From Epithemia pelagica (lineage: Eukaryota; Protista; Bacillariophyta), in contig OX337233.1 of NCBI GenBank assembly GCA_946965045.2, positions 806,001 through 870,000 on the forward strand: 64,000 nucleotides of DNA, written 5' to 3'. Shown one piece after another: positions 12,107-23,633 of this stretch; the stretch's first letter is position 1, and each line of letters opens with the position of its first letter. Under the pieces are notes generated by a model that had not been told where the DNA came from, did no database searches, and saw nothing but the letters and a program-made list of their open reading frames with translations. The position numbers and the translations under genes were made by a program.

Positions 12107-13495
12107 CTACAAACAAATCATAAAGGAGAAACAACTGTCCATCATCGAGTCGGCAGCCGCATACTCATTCGGTCGACAATCGGACGATTTGGTAATGGAG
12201 TACTGCCGCCGTGGTGGTTGATGAGGCATTGAGTGGGTGTGGTTGTCGGCCAAGGTGCTGGCCGCCACCCGCGCTCCATTCTCTCCATCGTGACTAATCA
12301 TGAGATCCGAATTCGAACCCAGTGCTTTCAGGAGAGGAGACGCCAAGTCACAGTAAATCAATCGGAGACTCTGATTCGTCAATGACAAGACCGAATGCAG
12401 TGAATCGACAAATTCCTTGTAGGCTTCTTGAGAGGCGGCCGAAAGGGAGGTCGAAGCGTCCTCTTTGGGCGTTTGCTCTTCTTGACCAGTGCTCTTGTTC
12501 TTGTTGGCTTCTTCTTCTTGTGGTGCTTTTGCTTGGTCGTCCTCCTCGTCATGAAATTCAAAGAGATCGGTGTAGGTACAGGAACACAAGACCAATTCTT
12601 GCACACTAAAACATTGATAGACCAGACTGGACAAACTTCGGAGCGAGTGGAGACCAATCGAGCTGCCGGAAATGTCCAAAAACTGTAACTTGCGATCCTG
12701 TCCACCATGTACCAAGGCATCCACGAGGTTTCCCAATTGTCCATCGTTCAAATTCAAGCCTCCCACATCCAAATAGCGCAATTCAAAATGATTCTTGAGA
12801 CCATCCAGCAATTCCTCATACATGCCATCGTCAATCCGACAGCCGTACAATTGCAGCACTTCGAGATTGGGATTATTAGCCAAAATACACCGTAAAAAGT
12901 GTCCAGTTAATTTGCCTCGCAAATCAGCCTTTTCCAAAATGAGAGATTCCAACGATCGAATGTTGCCCATTCCTCCCAACAAGGCACCTAGGGGACTGTT
13001 GCCCATAACTTCGGGCGCGTCCACGCAGCCATCGGTAATGACAAGCTCCTTGAGTTCATCCCCCAACTTGTTCATAAAGATTACCATGAGTTGAACGGCA
13101 AATCCCGCCGTAAAGGAACACCGATCCAAGACAATCTTGCGAATGGTCTTGTCGTCGGCAAAACATTGCGTTTGACGCATCAAACAGAGTTCGTCCCATT
13201 TTTGCAACAACATACCAATTGCAAATCGGTCCAAATGGACCATTCGTAACGTAAAGATATCACTGTTTGCATCCCAGGCTTCTTCAATGGCATCCATCGC
13301 CTCTCTTCGTTGATAAGACTGAGTGCTCTTTTCACTGCCTTGATCGCTTTCCTCACTATCACTGTCCGAATCATCCACAGGCTGCAACAAGGGCACACTT
13401 TCTTCGTGCAGTGACGTATTGAGGCCCATGTTTGTGGATGACGGAGTTGTTGTTGTTGTTTCCAAAGGAGCAGTCATCTTCATGGTGCCAGTCAT
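12107..13495 (-). CDS. Leucine-rich repeat (RNI-like) protein
   Basis: LxxLxL repeats: LKELVITDG, LESLILEKADL, LEVLQLYGCRI, LRYLDVGGLNL, LQFLDISGSSI, VQELVLCSC. Confidence 0.8.
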   Translation of the reverse strand: MTGTMKMTAPLETTTTTPSSTNMGLNTSLHEESVPLLQPVDDSDSDSEESDQGSEKSTQSYQRREAMDAIEEAWDANSDIFTLRMVHLDRFAIGMLLQKWDELCLMRQTQCFADDKTIRKIVLDRCSFTAGFAVQLMVIFMNKLGDELKELVITDGCVDAPEVMGNSPLGALLGGMGNIRSLESLILEKADLRGKLTGHFLRCILANNPNLEVLQLYGCRIDDGMYEELLDGLKNHFELRYLDVGGLNLNDGQLGNLVDALVHGGQDRKLQFLDISGSSIGLHSLRSLSSLVYQCFSVQELVLCSCTYTDLFEFHDEEDDQAKAPQEEEANKNKSTGQEEQTPKEDASTSLSAASQEAYKEFVDSLHSVLSLTNQSLRLIYCDLASPLLKALGSNSDLMISHDGENGARVAASTLADNHTHSMPHQPPRRQYSITKSSDCRPNEYAAADSMMDSCFSFMICL

Positions 13496-14704
13496 CGATT
13501 CTCCACAAGAGAGATGCGCGTTCTCAACAAGCCACTGAGTAAGTTATGCGAAGCGGTAGGTTTGACAAGAGCAAAACGGAAACGAAAAACTACTGTTGCA
13601 AGAGCACGTGATGACGATGATGCTGCATTCTACTTTTGGTGATGTCAAAATCAAAAGGCAAGAAAGAAACTCATGGCGTTTTGAAGGAAACAAGATAAAA
13701 GAGTAGGTAGACGGAGAACACGTTTCGTTGGAACAGACGCTGCATGGTGGAGTTGTTTTCCTTGGGTGTGTGCGGTCGTGCCTCTTCTGCGGGCACACGT
13801 TCGATGCTCTAAGTGACCGCCGCAGACTCGTGCTGCAGAGTGAGGCACAGCAGAAAAACATGTCGGACTGACCGCCCGGCGGATATGACATGTCTGAAAC
13901 CGTGATATTGATTAAGTAAATCATGTCGTAGTGTCTTGATTCTTTCTGAGAGTCGGAAGTTCTTATTTCATGCCGACTCCTATTGTACTTATGATATGCG
14001 ACATAAGAGAGCACGCTCTTGCTTTATCAACGCAAACTCAACGGACCAACCAACAAGACTCGCGAGCCGGACCTGAAATATTTTTTCGCACAAGTCTGCA
14101 ACGGGACAGGCGGGCTGCCACAAGAAGTCTGCCAGGACTAGCCTTCCGGGACCTCTTCCAAGTGGAGACGAAGAACATACGAGTACTCCTAAAATGAAGA
14201 GGAGTCCCTCATCCCACACTTCAAGACGCGGGACCCTTTCATCTCCGTTGATCGGTGAGACAGGGGACACATAATACGAGTAGGACATCTTTGCAGCAAG
14301 CAATTAGACAAAACGACCTCTTTGGGGCCAGATGAAGCTACCGAGTCGTTGGAAATGCTAGAGTTACCTGTCGTTCTATCGTAGTTTCGTATCATTGAGT
14401 GGATTCACTCTACATATCTCATTTAGAGGCCTCAATTAGTCCTCTTAAGGAATTAGCTCCGAAGTCGAACGTAGATTTGAACGCTCCTCCTCGTGAGGAG
14501 AAACGGATGTATCAGCTCCAACGTAGTAGAACGGTAGTACATCCCCGGAGAACACAGTCTATTGGGGTCGTGTCTTGGGGAGAAGGTGTACACCGAGTGT
14601 AGCCACCACCACCAACCAACAATGTAGAAAGACTGATATACAACAACAAAATACGACCTGCCGAGTCGTTGCTTTCACAGAAGTACGTGGTGCAGACACC
14701 GATC

Positions 14705-16594
14705 TTAGCATACTGGCTCGTCATGCAGTGCTGCGGAAAATCGAAACTCTTCCGAGAGTGACAGTGGTTCTTCCAAACGCGTTTGGACAAAGTCTCTCAG
14801 ATAAACGACACTATTGTCTTGGAACATTTGGTCCATTTCGTCAAAGAGTTCCTGCGCAGGTGATTCGTACAAATCGTTCCATTCCAACGGAACTTGAAAA
14901 AATGTCGAACAGGGATAGGATACATTATGTCGAACAGGGATAGGATACAATTGTACTTTGTCCGTCCGGGGGCAAACAGGACGTTCCCAACATAGGGAAT
15001 CTTGCAGAAGTTCGTAGCACATGAACGTCAGCACTGATACTATATTGGTCCAAGAAATATGTGGTCACTTTTGCATCGTTCACGCCGAACAACTCTTCCC
15101 GTGTAGTTGAATTCGGTACACGGAATGAGATGGTATAATGCACGAGAACAAGAGAACTCGTTTCTTCATGATCAAATGGTTCCACTTGGACAAGCCCGAA
15201 TGCTGGTATCGTGCGCAAGACAACCAAAGAGGCTCGAGTCTCGCCCACTGGCATTTGTTGTTTTTCAATAAAGGTGGACAAACCTGTTTTTGTGGAAGTT
15301 TCCAGGAATGCGTACAAGTCAAAAGACTTGTTCACATCTCCATCTTGTTCATATCGCAATTGAATGGTTGGGATCTCAAATAGATCCCAAATCTCACCAT
15401 ATTGAAAGGCCGAAGGTCTCCAACCATCAGGTACCAATAAATCGTGATACACATTCTTATCCTCGTCTGAAGCAAAATAGTTGGTTAGACTCTCATTCCA
15501 GAAGGAAACGGTCCATTGGAATAGTTGCTCATGGTCCTCTTGCCCCAATAGGCTGAGATCAATGGGCACGTTATCTACAACATCAAGATCCACAAACAGC
15601 TTGATACCCTTGAGTTCCTCCACGATCAAACGAACCAAGGATGATGCTTTCTCGCCACCACCATGGCCTGGTGACTTCGCACTCGTTTCCCCCGCTGGAG
15701 TACCCGTGTCCGTCGTTCTTGTCTTTGTCTCGTCCCCGGATGAAACCAGGGTGGTTGTGGAACTTGTAGTTGGTGCGTCTTGTATCCTTACGACGACCAG
15801 CACAGCAATCATTACGACTGCAACAATTGTTGCCACCGCCGCCCACACAAGTCGTCCCCCAGAACACCAAATGGTGTTGGTGTTGTCATCATACGTGGAG
15901 GTTTCTACGGGTTCGGCCTTGACCGATTCCAACGCCATCTGGTTTCGGACTTGATCCTTGATACGATCTCGTTCTTGTTGATCCAAAGTCTCGGCCAATT
16001 CAGCCATGACTACCAATTCTGGTACCACATCACCACCGTGTTCCAGGTCCTCGTCCTGTTCCGATAAATCACTGTCCCTTTCAAGGCTACTCGTGCTACT
16101 AGTTTCTTCGTGTTGGAACGTAGGCCTTCTCGTTGTCGTCGTTGTCGTCCACCACCAGGATAAATGCAAAAAGCACCCGGCAAGGAGAATGGTTGTTGCG
16201 ACGTCCGAACCAGCATTGTTGTAGGAAGCTCTATAGAGTTTGGGTGGGAGGGTTGCTCCAAAAGTGCGATTTCATAATTTTGGTGACGATTCACAATCGT
16301 GCCCGTGTTGGTGTTGGTCTCCGTATCGCAATTGTTGGTGGTGGTGTCTTGTTGTGCTTGTTGTTGTGGTGGTGGTGGTTCTTGACATGTTGGTGTTCTC
16401 GGGTGGCCGCTTTTACTAGAAACGTTGTGCTCCATGGAATATTGTGGTCGCGGAGGAGGTGACACCAACGATTCATTTCTTTCATTTCCTTGTGCTTTTC
16501 CTTTGTCCTGGTCCAACCGGTTCCTCACCTCATCATGATGAACTGTAGCCTTTGGATCTGGATCCCTCGTCGTATCGGCGGACATGCCCGTCAT
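14705..16594 (-). pseudogene. Type II membrane protein family, copy 1 (two frameshifts)
   Basis: Paralog of copies 2 and 3: PGAFCIYPGG motif, AELAETLDQQERDRIKDQVRNQMALESVKAEPV helix, TM segment, ectodomain GTSCLPPDGQS...FQVPLEWNDL. One frameshift lies at ~16125-16156 after YPGG. A 25-bp tandem duplication at 14902-14951 (atgtcgaacagggataggatacatt/aat) shifts the frame near the 3' end. Confidence 0.75.
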
Positions 16595-17329
16595 GGTTTC
16601 GAGACTTCTTCGTACCTCAAGGGAACCTCCGTATGGTTTCTTCTCGTGTCCGTTTGGTGCATCCCAGTTGTTGGAACGAGAACGAAAGTATGACTGTTTC
16701 GTAGGGAAAAAAAGGATCAAGCACTGTTTCTAGAAATCCCAAACTTGAAAAAGAAACAGAGTCTTTGTCTTTTTGTGTTGTTCATGATTGTGTGAAATCA
16801 TCAGAAGATGGTACTCGTCGTTCCTTATTCGTAAAAATATGAGCCAGACTAACCCGGTGAAAATGCGGAGTATAACAAGTGGTTGGGACACATGCGGTAG
16901 TTTGACAAAGAGTAGAATGATATCGATCGCTGTGACGGAAATTGGTGGGGCGATTGGCAATCGGCTATGCTCAAAGGCACAAGGCATAAGTCTTTTCACT
17001 TCCGTATCGTGTAGGGCCTACACGCAGATTCACGCAGCAAACAATCTCTCCAAAAAAGAGACCCAGCTGGAAACAGCCACTTTTTGTCACATTTTTTCTC
17101 TGGTGGAGAGGAAGCAGTGAATACATTGATATGCTAAAGAGTCGGTCCAAACCAAGAGATTTGGTACCCAAGATAAACATCGGGTCCAATAGGAGAGATC
17201 GTATCAATGACTGCTCTTCTTGATGGTTACGTCTTTCATGGTTTTCCTGTACCAAATAGTTATGCGTACATTGTCTGATGTATGAAGCCACGGTGGCACT
17301 CGCAAACACATGGCCCAACACTAAAGACC

Positions 17330-19229
17330 TTAGCATATGGGCTCAAAATTCAGCGATGCGGAAAATCGAAACTCTTCCGAGAGTGACAAGGGTTCCTCCA
17401 TTTGCGCTTGGACAAAGTCTCTCAAATAAACCAGACTATTGTCTTGGAATGTTTGTTCCATTTCGTCAAAGAGTTGCTGTCCGGGTGACTTGTACAGATC
17501 GTTCCATTCCAACGGAACTTGAAAAACTGCCGAAGAGGGATAAGACGCAATTGTACTTTGTCCATCCGGGGGCAAACAGGAAGTTCCCAACAGAGCAGAC
17601 GTTACAGAAGTTCGTAGCAAATGAACGTCACCACTGATAGTACTATATTGGTCCAAGAAATCTGTGGTCACTTTTGCACCGTTCACGCCAAACAAGTCTT
17701 CCATCAGTGTCGTTGAATTCGGTAGGCGGAATGACATGAAAAATTCCACGAAAATAACCAGGGATGAATCATGAGAGCCATCTTCTACTTGATCTAATGG
17801 ACCCTTTTCTTTGGAAAACCGGAATGCCGGTATCGTGCGCAAGACAATCAAAGAGGCTCGACTCTCTCCCTCCGGTATCTGTTGTTGAATGAAGGTGGCC
17901 AGACCAGTTTCTGTTATGGATTGCAGGAACGTGTACAAGACAAAAATTTTCTTGACGTCTCTATCTCGTTCATATTGCAGTTGAATTGAGGGAAAGTTCA
18001 AAAGATGCAAAGTCCCATAAGGGGCATAGTTCGAAGCCGTCCAACCATCAGGTACCAATAAATCGTGAAATACTTGTGTCTCGTCTGAAGCAAAATAGTT
18101 GGTCAGACTCTCCTTCCAAAAGGACACGGCCGGTCCATTGGAATAGTTGCTCAAAGTCTTCGTCTCCCAATATGTTCTGGTGGTCAATTGTTAAGCTCTC
18201 TTGAGTGGTTTTATTCGCATACAGATTGGTATCTTTGAGTTCCACCAAGGTCAAAACAACAGAGCTTGATGGCGTGACCTCCTTTCGACCAACCATATCT
18301 GTAGTTTCTGTCTTTGCGTTGTCCTTTTCGATGACAGAATCTCCACCAACAACATTCTCGCCAGACGAGCCCACCATGGTGGTTGCGGAACTGTCACCGC
18401 TGCTTCGTTCGGGTATCACCAGGGCGGCTACTAATACAATGGTGACAATGGCTGCAATGGCTGCTGTCAGTCCCATCCACAGTATCTGTCGTCGCCGCTG
18501 TCCAAACCCACAGTAATTGAGTTGGTTGTTCGACGGGGAGGTTGGAACCGGTTCGGCCTTGACACATTCCAACGCCATGGCTTGACGAACTTGTTCCCTG
18601 ATGCGATCTCGTTCTTGTTGATCCAAGGTATCCGCCAACTCCGCCAGAGCTACGACCATCTCCTCCTCTTCTAGTTGTGGGCTAAAATAGCCATGATTCT
18701 CCATTGGACCGTGTTCCAGATCCTGTCCCAACTCACTGTCTGTATCGTCATGGCTACTATTGCTATTGCTGCTTTCATGGGAGAAGATTCGTGGTCGTCG
18801 TCTTCTTCCACCAGGATACATGCAAAAGGCACCTGGCAAGGAGAGTGGCTGTTCGGCCCGGGCGAGCATTGTAGGCTGAACAAACTGTGAATGCTGATAT
18901 GGTGGCACCTGTTCCATGTTGTGCTGGTGGTGGGTCGTTCTTGTAGTAGTAGTGGTGGTGGTCGTGGAACTACGACCAGGATTGACAGTCGCCCTGGTAG
19001 TATTAGGTGTTTGTCTCGTCTGCATCTCATCACTGTCATTATTGTTGTCCAATGTCTCGGTCTGACACTCCTTGGTGGGCGCTTTTGGTGGTGTTGGTAT
19101 TGGTATTGGGAGCTGTTGCTGGTCCAACCAATTCTTGTCCTCCTTCTCCTCATGATGATGCTGAGGAACACTATCCATTGACATGTCACTTGGATTGATC
19201 GTCTGTTTGGTGGTGTTGGCGGCTGTCAT
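17330..19229 (-). pseudogene. Type II membrane protein family, copy 2 (one frameshift)
   Basis: ORFs 18048-19229 and 17330-18187 overlap in different frames. Versus copy 1 (CAA TGG ACC GTT TCC TTC TGG), copy 2 reads CAA TGG ACC ggcc GTG TCC TTT TGG, i.e. 4 extra bases at 18128-18131. Confidence 0.75.
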
Positions 19230-19626
19230 GGTTTCAAAACGTGCAGTCGTTGTCGTCGCAATAAGGCATGTTTCTTATTTCTTCCTTTGGTCCGGTCGAT
19301 AGGTTCAGGTGAAGGTGCATCCATTCGGCAAAGAGAGAGGGAGAGACAGTATGTATGTATGTCTCTGTGGTTGCTTTCTCGTTGATTTGTAGAGGGGTAG
19401 AGGACCTCCAATTGTTTGATAGGAAGTCGAACTCAGACAAATGAGAGCTTGTTGTCGATGATTGTGAGAGGGTAAAACCAACCCGGTAAGATTGGGGAAT
19501 AATGTTATGAAAAATAGTTGGGACGAAAACATCCGTAGCCACAAATAATAAACACTACACTATTATAACATTCACACATTATCGGGGAAGCTGGATGGGC
19601 GTCCTTCCGACTTCACAGTGTATGTA

Positions 19627-19660
19627 CCCCCAAGCCCAAGCCCCCCCCCCTCCCCCCCCC
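19627..19660. repeat. Poly-C tract (G-rich on minus strand, potential G-quadruplex)
   Basis: CCCCC-AAG-CCC-AAG-C10-T-C9, lying between divergently oriented genes. Confidence 0.6.
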
Positions 19661-19848
19661 AGGAACAAAAGAGTGCAGAGTATCCAGGAACAAAGGTGCC
19701 CCAGTCAAACAAAGATCCAGCCGCCACGTGATGCAAGAAGATCCTTTTTGCGGCTCTGACAGTCTGTTCTAAATATTATTTGTGGTGCAGCCTTGAAAGA
19801 TCAAGTTTGTTTCTGCTTCTCCCTACTCCGCATTCTCTGCTCTCTTCG

Positions 19849-20517
19849 ATGATGAGTGTCGTGTTTGATTCTGGTTGTGGCCGACGATTCTTGGGGGTCC
19901 TGTTACTCCTCGTCACTTGGACCATCGTCGGCGATGCCTTTGAGCTGACACAATCCTGTTCCAGTCAGACCTCTACCCTGACACCTGGCGACGACCTAGC
20001 GACAGCGGCCGCCGATATTTTTTCCCTTGCGGGCATCAACCTTGGCGACAATGCGGACATGACCGCCCTCATCAACCAAGTGGGGCAAACCGGAGGAGAG
20101 TTGACCTCTCACAAATGCGAAATTTCCGTGAATCAAGGAAAAAAAATCGAGGGCTTTGCACTCTGCCGCAATCGCGTAGAGGATTGCTCCCTATTTGCCT
20201 TGTTCAATGGCCGAACGTGTACCTCTGCGAGCTTGAGTTGCCTCGATACCTCTGACTTTTATTTTAGCGTGGACTGCAAGAATCTCGAGAATGACTACCC
20301 GGATTGTGCTCTCGACTGTGGTCCGCCTCTCACAGGCACTGAAACGTGCTTTCCCACGTCTTCGGATCCAACACCGAGTCCTACTCCAGATGGCGGTGGT
20401 GGTGGAGATACGAGTGCTGCGACAAGGATGGTTGCACCAGGTTTCGCCACGCTTGCCCAAGCGGTATTGACTGTATCAGGGATGGCGTCGACCTTGTTCT
20501 TGTCTATTTATGGGTGA
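19849..20517 (+). CDS. Secreted/GPI-anchored cysteine-rich surface protein, copy A
   Basis: N-terminal hydrophobic signal (FLGVLLLLVTWTIVGDA), 10-Cys domain, PTPSPTP/GGGG linker, small-residue omega-like site (DTSAA) and hydrophobic C-terminus. Paralog of 21623-22267. Confidence 0.8.
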   Translation: MMSVVFDSGCGRRFLGVLLLLVTWTIVGDAFELTQSCSSQTSTLTPGDDLATAAADIFSLAGINLGDNADMTALINQVGQTGGELTSHKCEISVNQGKKIEGFALCRNRVEDCSLFALFNGRTCTSASLSCLDTSDFYFSVDCKNLENDYPDCALDCGPPLTGTETCFPTSSDPTPSPTPDGGGGGDTSAATRMVAPGFATLAQAVLTVSGMASTLFLSIYG

Positions 20518-21622
20518 GTCGATGGAACGCTCGCTTCTGTGGAAGCACAAAAGACAAAAAATATTAGTTCGACGAAAGTTACCTCAGAGCAAAGCATATT
20601 ATTCCTCCTTAGAGAGCGTGGAGGTCAAATCTAGCCAGTCTCTTTCCATGGAGTGCGTGCACCCGCTTTATCTTGTGGATAAAAGGAGTATATCGCATAT
20701 TCATGTCATGATGAATGACTCCGGAGTCCGGAGAGGTGATTGGTGATAAATCGAATATAAACTACAAAGCGCAGAGTAGGACGGAATACGGAGTACGCAG
20801 AAAGGAAAAGGGCAATAGGCAATGGGGCTGGGAGCAGGGACCTGTCATGAGTCATGAATCTTGAAAGTTGCTCAACAGTCATGAATCATCAATCCTGTAT
20901 GAAAGATGATCATGAAAAAGGAAGCGAAGAGATAGAGTACATATCGACTCATCCTCTGCTTGGGGCTTAGAGGATAGAGACAAAAGTACAACATATACAA
21001 TAGGATAGAGACTCCATAACTCCCAGCGGGGGTAAGTTTAGTCGCAGGTTGGTCTGCTTCTACGAAGCATTCCCTCATTGGCATCGCGCAGTCGACGCAT
21101 CTGCGACCAGTAATCACCCGTTCATGGGGTAAGAGACACTCCATAGCTACGCGCTTGCTCAGAGTGCGACCGACCTGCTTCCGAGTGCGAATCCGCAAAG
21201 ACCGAGATGTATAACTTATACAACGCGCCAACAAACTACGAGAATACAAACTACCTCCTCGATCCTAACGTGGTGTGTTGGAAAAGTGATTGAAGACAAG
21301 GATCATACTCCAGTCCGTCATGATCAAATGACGTTGCTTGAGTTCGTCGTCCTTTCCAAATGCGATGGTGCAAAGTACGACGAGCTACAAGGGACCTTGA
21401 ACTCTGGAGACAGTGGATCTTGACAATCTCAAAGCGCCACTAGATGGACTTTGATGTTGTTGCTGTCGAGTATGCTTTCTGACGTGTTGAATGGTGACCC
21501 TGTTTGTTGACCTCTGTGTTCTCGTTTCTCTTGTTTGCTGGTCTCAACATTCTGCTCATAAAGTTTGAGCAGCCTCCATTCCTCTCTCCCTGCCTGTGCC
21601 TGTCCTTGCTGGTCCTTTCGCA

Positions 21623-22267
21623 ATGATGTATTTCTCCTGTTCTCTCTTGTTTGGTTTCCTTCTCTCCTTTTCGACAGTAGCTGCCAACGGTGTGGACATC
21701 ACAACTAGCTGTGGCATCGAGGATGGTGATGTAACTCTTACACAGGGAGCCCCAGTCGGTCCTGTTGCTGAGAACTTGTCACCGATTGCAGGTTTCAACG
21801 TTCTCGACAACACTGACATGGTTGCCCTCCTTGACCAAGCTGCGCAAACCGGAGCCACCCTTTACTACCATACTTGCACAGTGACTACTTCCGGCCCTGA
21901 TATGAAAGGTTTTGCCCTCTGCACGGCACCCCAGGATGGATGCGTATCAGGCGCCGTTTACAGTGAGAAACCATGTACCTCGGCTTCGTATTGTAACAAT
22001 CTCGATTCTCTTCTTACAAGTTATGTGTTTAAATTCACGGTTGACTGCAAGAACATCAATGATGATTTCCCTGACTGTGCTTTCACCTGTGGGGACGTGG
22101 TTTTAGGCGGAGGCCTTGGAGCATGCTTTTATGATGATTCTTCGGAGCCTACTCCGAGCCCTAGTGGAGAAACAAGTGCTGGTACAATGGTCGCTGGTCA
22201 CCCGGCGGCTGTCCAGTCAGTCATTGCTGGTATGGCGTTGGCCTTGTTCGCCTTGACGACGGTGTAA
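21623..22267 (+). CDS. Secreted/GPI-anchored cysteine-rich surface protein, copy B
   Basis: Signal peptide (MMYFSCSLLFGFLLSFSTVAANG), the same 10 Cys as copy A (GFALC, CTSAS, VDCKN..DD.PDC), PTPSPSGETSAG linker and hydrophobic tail. Confidence 0.8.
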   Translation: MMYFSCSLLFGFLLSFSTVAANGVDITTSCGIEDGDVTLTQGAPVGPVAENLSPIAGFNVLDNTDMVALLDQAAQTGATLYYHTCTVTTSGPDMKGFALCTAPQDGCVSGAVYSEKPCTSASYCNNLDSLLTSYVFKFTVDCKNINDDFPDCAFTCGDVVLGGGLGACFYDDSSEPTPSPSGETSAGTMVAGHPAAVQSVIAGMALALFALTTV

Positions 22268-22645
22268 TGGCTGAGTCAATCACAGTCTGGAATCTGGTAC
22301 CACAACAGAACCGATAGCTTGGTAATGCATTCTACCTACGTAGATTCTCTAAACAGGACGCAAACCTTCACTCTATCGTAATTCGTAATAGGGCTCTAGA
22401 CTTGTGCGTCCCTTCTCGTTGTAATCTTTGATTATTATTTGCTATGTACACTTGTCCTTGCTCGAACTTCAATCGGAGATCGTATTCACTATTCGGATAG
22501 TTGCTCTTTGCTCTTTGTTTTGTGTGTAATATAGGAGAAAACCTATTGGTACAAGACTAGAGTACCACGAACCACGAACTACGAATCATAGTCTCTCGAA
22601 AATCGTGGATTGTCCCTCTAGCAAGAAAACTTCCGACCAGTTTTT

Positions 22646-22730
22646 GAGTACCGTTGTGGACAAAGATGAGCCATCGAGTACCGTTTCGGACAAAGATGAG
22701 ACTTTGAGTACCGTTTCGGACAAAGATGAG
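22646..22730. repeat. Minisatellite, 3 copies with 30-bp period
   Basis: gagtaccgtt(g/t)(t/c)ggacaaagatgag repeated at 22646, 22676 and 22706, separated by 5 variable bases. Confidence 0.9.
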
Positions 22731-23633
22731 ACATCCACTGTGCGAAATACATTGCGAGTCGGCACAAAATCTCGCGCCATGATGGCAAGAGACAAGAGAG
22801 ACGACGACCGAAAACATGACCGCATTGCGGCGGAGGAACGCTCTCTCTTGTTAGTTCCCTCTCCATCTTAGAATCCTGAATGGTACTGCATACTCCCTGC
22901 ACAGTCTTTTCGAAGAATACGAGTAGTAGTATTGGAAATCCAACCGGAAGCAGCATGTAGTTTTGGAAATCCGATCAACAGCAGCGAGAGAGAGAGAAAG
23001 AGACTCAAACTACGTTCTTGTTTGTAACAACAACTTCCAGCATGACCTCCGTGTTTGTTTGGAGTGACCAACGACACCCTGAAAGGAGAAAAGCACTCCG
23101 TTCCATCCGCCCAACCAACATCAACAGTGGTGCGTCTGTACGCCACTTCAATCGCAAATGGACTATTTTGCCCTCTCCAATCAATGGTGAAAGATGCGAC
23201 ACACATTTAAATGTCGTAATGAGAAAGGCACAACCTACATCCAAGAATGAGTTTGGAGAAACTCGGAACCATGTGTTGTGTTTTTTTTTTTTGGGGAGTG
23301 TTGTGAGAGGCTATAGTCTAATATAGATGGAGGCAAACACCACAACCCAACCGCACAGTATTAGTGGTGGTGCCTAATACAGAAGGACGTTGAGTTTTGC
23401 AAAACGTACCACTCTGTGTGGGTTTTGTTTTGGATTGGAGCATGAGACCTGTGACTGTATTGACACGGAGAGGCACATAATTTGGAAGATTGGCAGTGCT
23501 GTGGTTGCGGTAACTCCGATTTTGTCTCATTGATACTACTACTACTCGACGACGAGGACAAGATCGACGCAACGTGGTATCTGATAGGTACTGAAAGTTC
23601 CACGAGGGCACTGGTTCTCTAGTAGAGAGAAGG

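Noticed and set aside
22646-22730. Repeat-spacer-repeat pattern as a CRISPR array
   Set aside because: Spacers are only 5 bp, there are three units, no cas genes, and the context is eukaryotic.
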